This document shows, piece after piece, positions 24,901 through 35,569 of a stretch of 64,000 nucleotides of DNA. Source of the DNA: Eledone cirrhosa (lineage: Eukaryota). The position numbers and the translations under genes are program-made. Location: NCBI GenBank assembly GCA_964016885.1, contig OZ024744.1:127410001-127474000 (forward strand). Direction: 5' to 3'. The notes below the pieces were generated by a model, which was not told where the DNA came from, searched no databases, and saw nothing but the letters and a program-made list of their open reading frames with translations. Numbering within the stretch: position 1 is the stretch's first letter; each line of letters starts with the position of its first letter.

Positions 24901-27340
24901 GTTAAGTTGGGGTTGAGTTAAGTTGGGGTTGAGTTAAGTTGGGGTTAATTTAAGTTGGGGTTAAGTTAAGTTGGGGTTAAGTTAAGTTCGGCTTGAGTTA
25001 AGTTGGGGTTAAGTTAAGTTGGGGTTAAGTTAAGTTGGGGTAGAGTTAAGTTGGGGTTGAGTTAAGTTGGGGCTAAATTAATTTGTGGTTAAGTTAAGTT
25101 GGGGTTAAGTTAAGTTGGGGTTAAGTTAAGTTAGGGTTAATTTCAGTTGGGGTTATGTTAAGTTGGGGTTAAGTTAAGTTGGGGTTAAGTTAAAGTTGGG
25201 GTTAAGTTAAGTTGGGGTAAAGTTAAGTTAGGGTTAAGTTAAGTTGGGGTTAAGTTAAGTTGGGGTTGAATTAAGTTGGGGTTAAGTTAAGTTGGGGTTA
25301 AGTTAAGTTGGGGTTAAATTAAGTTGGGGTTCAGTTAAGTTGGGGTTAAATTAAGTTGGGGTTAAGTTAAGTTGGGGTTAGTTAAGTTGGGGTTAAGTTA
25401 AGTTGGGGTTAAGTTAAGTTGGGGTTAAGTTAAGTTGGGGTTAAGTTAAGTTGGCGTTAAGTTAAGTTGGGGTTAAGTTAAGTTGGGGTTAAATTAAGTT
25501 GGGGCTAAGTTAAGTTGGGGTTAATTTAAGTTGGGGTTAAGTTAAGTTGGGGTTAAGTTAAGTTGGAGTTAAGTCAAGTTGGGGTTAAGTCAAGTTGGGG
25601 TTAAGTCAAGTTGGGGTTAAGTCAAGTTGGGGTTAAGTTAAGTTGGGGTTAAGTTAAGTTGGGGTTAAGTTAAGTTGGGGGTAAGTTAAGTTGGGTGTAA
25701 GTTAAGTTGGGGTTAAGTTAAGTTGGGGTTCAGTTCAGTTGGAGTTAAGTTAAGTTGGGGTTAAGTTAAGCTGGGGGTAAGTTAAGTTGGGGTTAAGTTA
25801 AGTTGGGGTTAAGTTAAGTTGGGGTTAAGTTAAGTTGGAGTTAAGTTAAGTTGGAGTTAAGTTAAGTTGGAGTTAATTTAAGTTGGGGTTAAGCTAAGTT
25901 GGGGTTCAGTTAAGTTGGGGTTAAGTTAATTTGGGGCTGAGTTAAGTTGGGGTTAAGTTAAGTTCGGGTTGAGTTAAGTTGGGGTTAAGTTAAGTTGGGG
26001 TTAAGTTAAGTTGGGGTTAAGTTAAGTTGGGGTTAAGATAAGTTGGGGTTAAGTTGGGGTTAAGTTAAGTTGGGGTTGAGTTAATTTGGGGTTAAGTTAA
26101 GTTGGGGTTAACTTAAGTTGGGGTTACGTTGGGGTTAAGTTAAGCTGGGGTTAAGTTAAGTTGGGGGTTAGTTAAGTTGGGGGCAACTTAAGTTGGGGTT
26201 AATTTAAGTTGGGGTTAAGTTAAGTTGGGGTTAAGTTAAGTTGGGGGTAAGTTAAATTGAGGGTAAGTTAAGTTGGGGTTAAGTTAAGTTGGGGTTAAAT
26301 TAAGTTGGGGGTAAGTTAGGTTGGGGTAAGTTAAGTTGGGGTTAAGTTAAGTTGGGGTTAAATTAAGTTGAGGTTAAGTTAAGTTGGGGTTAAGTTAAGT
26401 TGGGGTTAAGTTAAGTTGGGGGTAAGATAAGTTGGGGCTAAGTTAAGTTGGGGCTAAGTCAAGTTGGGGTTAAGTCAAGTTGAGGTTAACTTAAGTTGGG
26501 GTTAAGTTAAGTTGGGGTTAAGTTAAGTTGGGGTTAAGGTAAGTTGGGGTTAAGTTAAGTTGGGGCTGAGTTAAGTTGGGGTTAAGTTAAGTTGGGGTTG
26601 AGTTAAGTTGGGGTTAAGTTAAGTTGGGATTAAGTTAAGTTGGGGTTAAGTTAAGTTCGGCTTGAGTTAAGTTGGGGTTAAGTTAAGTTGGGGTTAATTT
26701 AAGTTGGCGTTGAGTTAAGTTGGGGTTAAGATAAGTTGGGGTTAAGTTAAGTTGGGGTTAAGTTAAGTTGGGGTTGAGTTAATTTGGGGTTAAGTTAAGT
26801 TGGGGTTAACTTAAGTTGGGGTTAAGTTGGGGTTAAGTTAAGTTGGGGGTAGGTTAAGTTGGGGTTAAGTTAAGTTGGGGTTAAGTTAAGTTGGGTTTAA
26901 GTTAAGTTGGGGCTAAGTTAAGTTGGGGCTAAGTTAAGTTGGGGCTGAGTTAAGTTGGGGTTAAGTTAAGTTGGGGTTGAGTTAAGTTGGGGTTATGTTA
27001 AGTTAGGGTTGAGTTAAGTTGGGGTTGAGTTAAGTTGGGGTTGAGTTAAGTTGGGGTTAAGTTACGTTGGCGTTAAGTTAAGTTGGGGTTAAGTTAAGTT
27101 GGGGTTAAGTTAATTTGCGGTTAAGTTAGGTTGTGGGTTAAGTTAAGTTGGGGTTAAGTTGGGGGTAAGTTAAGTTGGGGTTAAGTTAAGTTGGGGTTAA
27201 GTTAAGTTGGGGTTAAGTTAAGTTGGGGTTAAGTTAAGTTGGGGTTGAGTTAAGTTGGGGTTGAGTTAAGTTGGGGTTAATTTAAGTTGGGGTTAAGTTA
27301 AGTTGGGGTTAAGTTAAGTTGGGGTTAAGTTAAGTTGGGG
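21990..27340 (+). repeat. Higher-order tandem duplication (~3.0 kb copy followed by a ~2.3 kb copy)
   Basis: TAGAGTTAAG...GGCTAAATTAATTTGTGG at 22020/25041 (offset 3021). GTTACGTTGGCG at 24713/27061 (offset 2348). Confidence 0.8.
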
Positions 27341-30300
27341 TTAAGTTAAGTTGGGGTTAAGTTAAGTTAGGGTTAATTTCAGTTGGGGTTATGTTAAGTT
27401 GGGGTTAAGTTAAGTTGGGGTTAAGTTAAGTTGGGGGTAAGTTAAGTGGGGTGTAAGTTAAGTTGGGGTTAAGTTAAGTTGGGGTTCAGTTCAGTTGGGG
27501 TTAAGTTAAGTTGGGGTTAAGTTAAGCTGGGGGTAAGTTAAGTTGGGTGTAAGTTAAGTTGGGGTTAAGTTAAGTTGGGGTTAATTTAAGTTGGGGGTTA
27601 GTTAAGTTGGGGGCAAGTTAAGTTGGGGTTAATTTAAGTTGGGGTTAACTTAAGTTGGGGTTAAGTTAAGTTAGGGTTAATTTCAGTTGGGGTTATGTTA
27701 AGTTGGGGTTAAGTTAAGTTGGGGTTAAGTTAAGTTGGGGGTAAGTTAAGTGGGGTGTAAGTTAAGTTGGGGTTAAGTTAATTTGGGGTTCAGTTCAGTT
27801 GGGGTTAAGTTAAGTTGGGGTTAAGTTAAGCTGGGGGTAAGTTAAGTTGGGTGTAAGTTAAGTTGGGGTTAAGTTAAGTTGGGGTTAAGTTAAGTTGGGG
27901 GTTAGTTAAGTTGGGGTTAAGTTAAGTTGGGGTTATGTTAAGTTGGGGTTAAGTTAAGTTGGGGTTAAGTTAAGTTGAAGGTAAGTTAAGTTGGGGTTAA
28001 GTTGAGGGTAAGTTAAGTTGGGGTTAAGTTAAGTTGGGGGTAAGTTAAGTTGGGGGTAAGTTAAGTTGGGGTTAAGTTAAGTTGGGGTTAAATTAAGTTG
28101 AGGTTAAGTTAAGTTGGGGTTAAGTTAAATTGGGGTTAATTTAAGTTGGGGCTAAGTTAAGTTGGGGCTAAGTCAAGTTGGGGTTAAGTCAAGTTGAGGT
28201 TACCTTAAGTTGGGGTTATGTTAAGTTGGGGTTAAGTTGGGGCTAAGTTAAGTTGGGGCTGAGTTAAGTTGGGGTTGATTTAAGTTGGGGTTAAGTTAAG
28301 TTGGGGTTAATTTAAGTTGGGGTTAAGTTAAGTTGGGGTTAAGATAAGTTGGGGTTAAGTTAAGTTGGGGTTAAGTTAAGTTGGAGTTGAGTTAATTTGG
28401 GGTTAAGTTAAGTTGGGGTTAACTTAAGTTGGGGTTAAGTTGGGGTTAAGTTAAGCTGGGGTTAAGTTAAGTTGGGGGTTAGTTAAGTTGGGGGCAACTT
28501 AAGTTGGGGTTAATTTAAGTTGGGGTTAAGTTAAGTTGGGGTTAAGTTAAGTTGGGGGTAAGTTAAATTGAGGGTAAGTTAAGTTGGGGTTAAGTTAAGT
28601 TGGGGTTAAATTAAGTTGGGGGTAAGTTAGGTTGGGGTAAGTTAAGTTGGGGTTAAGTTAAGTTGGGGTTAAATTAAGTTGAGGTTAAGTTAAGTTGGGG
28701 TTAAGTTAAGTTGGGGTTGAGTTAAGTTGGGGGTAAGATAAGTTGGGGCTAAGTTAAGTTGGGGCTAAGTCAAGTTGGGGTTAAGTCAAGTTGAGGTTAA
28801 CTTAAGTTGGGGTTAAGTTAAGTTGGGGTTAAGTTAAGTTGGGGTTAAGGTAAGTTGGGGTTAAGTTAAGTTGGGGCTGAGTTAAGTTGGGGTTAAGTTA
28901 AGTTGGGGTTGAGTTAAGTTGGGGTTAAGTTAAGTTGGGATTAAGTTAAGTTGGGGTTAAGTTAAGTTCGGCTTGAGTTAAGTTGGGGTTAAGTTAAGTT
29001 GGGGTTAATTTAAGTTGGCGTTGAGTTAAGTTGGGGTTAAGATAAGTTGGGGTTAAGTTAAGTTGGGGTTAAGTTAAGTTGGGGTTGAGTTAATTTGGGG
29101 TTAAGTTAAGTTGGGGTTAACTTAAGTTGGGGTTAAGTTGGGGTTAAGTTAAGTTGGGGGTAGGTTAAGTTGGGGTTAAGTTAAGTTGGGGTTAAGTTAA
29201 GTTGGGTTTAAGTTAAGTTGGGGCTAAGTTAAGTTGGGGCTAAGTTAAGTTGGGGCTGAGTTAAGTTGGGGTTATGTTAAGTTAGGGTTGAGTTAAGTTG
29301 GGGTTGAGTTAAGTTGGGGTTGAGTTAAGTTGGGGTTAAGTTACGTTGGCGTTAAGTTAAGTTGGGGTTAAGTTAAGTTGGGGTTAAGTTAATTTGCGGT
29401 TAAGTTAGGTTGTGGGTTAAGTTAAGTTGGGGTTAAGTTGGGGGTAAGTTAAGTTGGGGTTAAGTTAAGTTGGGGTTAAGTTAAGTTGGGGTTAAGTTAA
29501 GTTGGGGTTAAGTTAAGTTGGGGTTGAGTTAAGTTGGGGTTGAGTTAAGTTGGGGTTAATTTAAGTTGGGGTTAAGTTAAGTTGGGGTTAAGTTAAGTTG
29601 GGGTTAAGTTAAGTTGGGGTTAAGTTAAGTTGGGGTTAAGTTAAGTTAGGGTTAATTTCAGTTGGGGTTATGTTAAGTTGGGGTTAAGTTAAGTTGGGGT
29701 TAAGTTAAGTTGGGGGTAAGTTAAGTGGGGTGTAAGTTAAGTTGGGGTTAAGTTAAGTTGGGGTTCAGTTCAGTTGGGGTTAAGTTAAGTTGGGGTTAAG
29801 TTAAGCTGGGGGTAAGTTAAGTTGGGTGTAAGTTAAGTTGGGGTTAAGTTAAGTTGGGGTTAAGTTAAGTTGGGGGTTAGTTAAGTTGGGGGCAAGTTAA
29901 GTTGGGGTTAATTTAAGTTGGGGTTAACTTAAGTTGGGGTTAAGTTAAGTTAGGGTTAATTTCAGTTGGGGTTATGTTAAGTTGGGGTTAAGTTAAGTTG
30001 GGGTTAAGTTAAGTTGGGGGTAAGTTAAGTGGGGTGTAAGTTAAGTTGGGGTTAAGTTAATTTGGGGTTCAGTTCAGTTGGGGTTAAGTTAAGTTGGGGT
30101 TAAGTTAAGCTGGGGGTAAGTTAAGTTGGGTGTAAGTTAAGTTGGGGTTAAGTTAAGTTGGGGTTAAGTTAAGTTGGGGGTTAGTTAAGTTGGGGTTAAG
30201 TTAAGTTGGGGTTATGTTAAGTTGGGGTTAAGTTAAGTTGGGGTTAAGTTAAGTTGAAGGTAAGTTAAGTTGGGGTTAAGTTGAGGGTAAGTTAAGTTGG

Positions 30301-30740
30301 GGTTAAGTTAAGTTGGGGGTAAGTTAAGTTGGGGGTAAGTTAAGTTGGGGTTAAGTTAAGTTGGGGTTAAATTAAGTTGAGGTTAAGTTAAGTTGGGGTT
30401 AAGTTAAATTGGGGTTAATTTAAGTTGGGGCTAAGTTAAGTTGGGGCTAAGTCAAGTTGGGGTTAAGTCAAGTTGAGGTTACCTTAAGTTGGGGTTATGT
30501 TAAGTTGGGGTTAAGTTGGGGCTAAGTTAAGTTGGGGCTGAGTTAAGTTGGGGTTAAGTTAAGTTGGGGTTGATTTAAGTTGGGGTTAAGTTAAGTTGGG
30601 GTTAATTTAAGTTGGGGTTAAGTTAAGTTGGGGTTAAGATAAGTTGGGGTTAAGTTAAGTTGGGGTTAAGTTAAGTTGGAGTTGAGTTAATTTGGAGTTA
30701 AGTTAAGTTGGGGTTAACTTAAGTTGGGGTTAAGTTGGGG
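26100..30740 (+). repeat. Higher-order tandem duplication, ~2.3 kb unit x2, each with an internal 304-bp duplication
   Basis: GTTACGTTGGCG at 27061/29340, TAAGTTGAAGG at 27971/30250 and TACCTTAAG at 28201/30480 are all offset 2279. Internally, TTAGGGTTAATTTCAG is at 27367/27671 and GTGGGGTGTAAG at 27446/27750 (offset 304 = 19 x 16). Confidence 0.9.
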
Positions 30741-33700
30741 TTAAGTTAAGTTGGGGTTAAGTTAAGTTGGGGTTAAGTTAAGTTGGGGGTAGCTTAAGTT
30801 GGGGGCAAGTTAAGTTGGGGTTAAGTTAAGTTGGGGTTAAGTTAAGTTGGGTTTAAGTTAAGTTGGGGCTGAGTTAAGTTGGGGTTAAGTTAAGTTGGGG
30901 TTGAGTTAAGTTGGGTTTATGTTAAGTTAGGGTTGAGTTAAGTTGGGGTTGAGTTAAGTTGGGGTTAAGTTAAGTTGGGGTTAAGTTAAGTTGGGGTTAA
31001 GTTAAGTTGGGGTTAAGTTAAGTTGGGGTTAAGTTAAGTTGGGGTTAAGTTAAGTTGGGGTTAAGTTAAGTTGGGGTTGAGTTAAGTTGGGGTTGAGTTA
31101 AGTTGGGGTTAATTTAAGTTGGGGTTAAGTTAAGTTGGGGTTAAGTTAAGTTGGGGTTAAGTTAAGTTGGGGTTAAGTTAAGTTGGGGGTAAGTTAAGTT
31201 GGGGTTAAGTTAATTTGCGGTGAAGTTAGGTTGTGGGTTAAGTTAAGTTGGGGTTAAGGTAAGCTGGGGTTAAGTTGGGGTAAGTTAAGTTAGGGTTAAG
31301 TTAAGTTGGGGTTAAGTTAAGTTGGGGTTAAGTTAAGTTGGGGGTAAGTTAAGTTGGGGTTAAGTTAAGTTGGGGTTAAGTTAAGTTGGGGTTAAGTTAA
31401 GTTGGGGTTAAGTTAAGTTGGGGTTAAGTTAAGTTAGGGTTAATTTCAGTTGGGGTTTTGTTAAGTTGGGGTTAAGTTAAGTTGGGGTTAAGTTAAAGTT
31501 GCGGTTAAGTTAAGTTGGGGTTAAGTTAAGTTAGGGTTAATTTCAGTTGGGGTTATGTTAAGTTGGGGTTAAGTTAAGTTGGGGTTAAGTTAAGTTGGGG
31601 GTAAGTTAAGTGGGGTGTAAGTTAAGTTGGGGTTAAGTTAAGTTGGGGTTCAGTTCAGTTGGGGTTAAGTTAAGTTGGGGTTAAGTTAAGCTGGGGGTAA
31701 GTTAAGTTGGGTGTAAGTTAAGTTGGGGTTAAGTTAAGTTGGCGTTAAGTTAAGTTGGGGGTTAGTTAAGTTGGGGGCAAGTTAAGTTGGGGTTAATTTA
31801 AGTTGGGGTTAAGTTAAGTTGGGGTTATGTTAAGTTGGGGTTAAGTTAAGTTGGGGGTAAGTTAAGTTGAGGGTAAGTTAAGTTGGGGTTAATTTAAGTT
31901 GGGGTTAAATTAAGTTGGGGGTAAGTTAAGTTGGGGGTAAGTTAAGTTGGGGTTAAGTTAAGTTGGGGTTAAATTAAGTTGAGGTTAAGTTAAGTTGGGG
32001 TTAAGTTAAATTGGGGTTAATTTAAGTTGGGGGTAAGATAAGTTGGGGCTAAGTTAAGTTGGGGCTAAGTCAAGTTGGGGTTAAGTCAAGTTGAGGTTAA
32101 CTTAAGTTGGGGTTATGTTAAGTTGGGGTTAAGTTAAGTTGGGGCTGAGTTAAGTTGGGGTTAAGTTAAGTTGGGGTTGAGTTAAGTTGGGGTTAAGTTA
32201 AGTTGGGATTAAGTTAAGTTGGGGTTAAGTTAAGTTCGGCTTGAGTTAAGTTGGGGTTAAGTTAAGTTGGGGTTAATTTCAGTTGGGGTTAAGTTAAGTT
32301 GGGGTTAACTTAAGTTGGGGTTAAGTTGGGGTTAAGTTAAGTTGGGGTTAAGTTAAGTTGGGGGTAGGTTAAGTTGGGGGCAAGTTAAGTTGGGGTTAAG
32401 TTAAGTTGGGGTTAAGTCAAGTTGGGTTTAAGTTAAGTTGGGGCTAAGTTAAGTTGGGGCTAAGTTAAGTTGGGGCTGAGTTAAGTTGGGGTTAAGTTAA
32501 GTTGGGGTTGAGTTAAGTTGGGGTTATGTTAAGTTAGGGTTGAGTTAAGTTGGGGTTGAGTTAAGTTGGGGTTGAGTTAAGTTGGGGTTAAGTTAAGTTG
32601 GCGTTAAGTTAAGTTGGGGTTAAGTTAAGTTGGGGTTAAGTTAATTTGCGGTTAAGTTAGGTTGTGGGTTAAGTTAAGTTGGGGTTAAGTTAAGCTGGGG
32701 TTAAGTTGGGCTAAGTTAAGTTGGGGTAAGTTAAGTTGGGGTTAAGTTAAGTTGGGGTTAAGTTAAGTTGGGGGCAAGTTAAGTTGGGGTTAATTTAAGT
32801 TGGGGTTAAGTTAAGTTGGGGTTATGTTAAGTTGGGGTTAAGTTAAGTTGGGGGTAAGTTAAGTTGAGGGTAAGTTAAGTTGGGGTTAAGTTAAGTTGGG
32901 GTTAAATTAAGTTGGGGGTAAGTTAAGTTGGGGGTAAGTTAAGTTGGGGTTAAGTTAAGTTGGGGTTAAATTAAGTTGAGGTTAAGTTAAGTTGGGGTTC
33001 AGTTAAATTGGGGTTAATTTAAGTTGGGGGTAAGATAAGTTGGGGCTAAGTTAAGTTGGGGCTAAGTCAAGTTGGGGTTAAGTCAAGTTGAGGTTAACTT
33101 AAGTTGGGGTTATGTTAAGTTGGGGTTAAGTTAAGTTGGGGCTGAGTTAAGTTGGGGTTAAGTTAAGTTGGGGTTAAGTTAAGCTGGGGTTAAGTTAAGT
33201 TGGGGTTAAGTTAAGTTGGGGTTAAGTTAAGTTGGGGTTAAGTTAAGTTGGGGTTGAGTTAAGTTGGGGTTAAGTTAAGTTGGGGGTAAGTTAAGTTGGG
33301 GGTAAGTTAAGTTGGGGGCAAGTTAAGTTGGGGTTAAGTTAAGTTCGGGTTAAGTTAAGTTGGGGTTAAGTTAAGTTAGGGTTAATTTCAGTTGGGGTTA
33401 ACTTAAGTTGGGGTTAAGTTAAGTAAGGGTTAATTTAAGTTGGGGTTATGTTAAGTTGGGGTTAAGTTAAGTTGGGGTTAAGTTAAGTTGGTGTTAAGTA
33501 AAGTTGGGGTTAAGTTAAGTTGTGGGTTAAGTTAAGTTGGGGTTAAGTTAAGTTGGGGTTAAGTTAAGTTGGTGTTAAGTAAAGTTGGGCTTAAGTTAAG
33601 TTGGGTTTGAGTTAAGTTGGGTCTAAGTTAAGTTAGGGTTAATTTAAGTTGGGGTTATGTTAAGTTGGGGTTAAGTTAAGTTGGGGCTAGGTTAAGTTGG

Positions 33701-35569
33701 GTCTAAGTTAAGTTGGGGTTAAGTTAAGTTGGGGTTAAGTTAAGTTGGGGTTAAATTAAGTTGGGGTTAAGTTAAGTTGGGGTTAAGCTAAGTTGGGGTT
33801 AAGTTAATTTGCGGTTAAGTTAGGTTGTTGGTTAATTTAAGTTGGGGGTAAGTTAAGTTGGGGGTAAGTTAAGTTGGGGTTAAGTTAAGTTGGGGTTAAG
33901 TTAAGTTGGGGTTAAATTAAGTTGGGGTTAAGTTAAGTTGTGGTTAAGTTCAGTTGGGGTTAAGTTAAGTTGGGGTTAAGTTATGCTGGGGGTAAGTTAA
34001 GTTGGGTGTAAGTTAAGTTGGGGTTAAGTTAAGTTGGGGTTAAGTTAAGTTGGGGTTAAATTAAGTTGGGGTTAAGTTAAGTTGGGGTTATGTTAAGTTG
34101 GGGTTAAGTTAAGTTGGGGTTAAGATAAGTTGGGGTTAAGTTAAGTTGAGGTTAAGTTAAGTTGGAGTTAAGTTAAGTTGGGGTTAAGCTAAGTTGGGGT
34201 TAAGTTAATTTGCGGTTAAGTTAGGTTGTGGGTTAAGTTAAGTTGGGGTTAAGTTAAGCTGGGGTTAAGTTGGGGTAAGTTAAGTTGGGGGTAAGTTAAG
34301 TTGGGGTTAAGTTAAGTTGGGGTTAAGTTAAGTTGGGGTTAAGTTAAGTTGGGGTTGAGTTAAGTTGAGGTTGAGTTAAGTTGGGGTTAAGTTAAGTTGG
34401 GGTTAAGTTAAGTTGGGGTTAAGTTAAGTTGGGGTTAAGTTAAGTTGGGGGTAAGTTAAGTTGGGGGCAAGTTAAGTTGGGGTTAAGTTAAGTTGGGGTT
34501 AAGTTAAGTTGGGGTTAAGTTAAGTTGGGGTTAAGTTAAATTGGGGTTAAGTTAAGTTAGGGTTAATTTCAGTTGGGGTTATGTTAAGTTGGGGTTAAGT
34601 TAAGTTGGGGTTAAGTTAAAGTTGGGGTTAAGTTAAGTTGGGGTAAAGTTAAGTTAGGGTTAAGTTAAGTTGGGGTTAAGTTAAGTTGGGGTTAAATTAA
34701 GTTGGGGTTAAGTTAAGTTGGGGTTAAGTTAAGTTGGGGTTAAATTAAGTTGGGGTTCACTTAAGTTGGGGTTAAATTAAGTTGGGGTTAAGTTAAGTTG
34801 GGGTTAGTTAAGTTGGGGTTAAGTTAAGTTGGGGTTAAGTTAAGTTGGGGTTAAGTTAAGTTGGGGTTAAGTTAAGTTGGCGTTAAGTTAAGTTGGGGTT
34901 AAGTTAAGTTGGGGTTAAATTAAGTTGGGGTTAAGTTAAGTTGGGGTTAATTTAAGTTGGGGTTAAGTTAAGTTGGGGTTAAGTTAAGTTGGAGTTAAGT
35001 CAAGTTGGGGTTAAGTCAAGTTGGGGTTAAGTCAAGTTGGGGTTAAGTCAAGTTGGGGTTAAGTTAAGTTGGGGTTAAGTTAAGTTGGGGTTAAGTTAAG
35101 TTGGGGGTAAGTTAAGTTGGGTGTAAGTTAAGTTGGGGTTAAGTTAAGTTGGGGTTCAGTTCAGTTGGGGTTAAGTGAAGTTGGGGTTAAGTTAAGATGG
35201 GGGTAAGTTAAGTTGGGGTTAAATTAAGTTGGGGTTAAGTTAAGTTGTGGTTAAGTTAAGTTGGGGTTAAGTTAAGTTGGAGTTAAGTTAAGTTGGAGTT
35301 AAGTTAAGTTGGGGTTAAGCTAAGTTGGGGTTCAGTTAAGTTGGGGTTAAGTTAATTTGGGGCTGAGTTAAGTTGGGGTTAAGTTAAGTTCGGGTTGAGT
35401 TAAGTTGGGGTTAAGTTAAGTTGGGGTTAAGTTAAGTTGGGGTTAAGTTAAGTTGGGGTTAAGATAAGTTGGGGTTAAGTTAAGTTGGGGTTAATTTAAG
35501 TTGGGGTTGAGTTAATTTGGGTTTAAGTTAAGTTGGGCTTAATTTAAGTTGGGGTTAAGTTGGGGTTAA

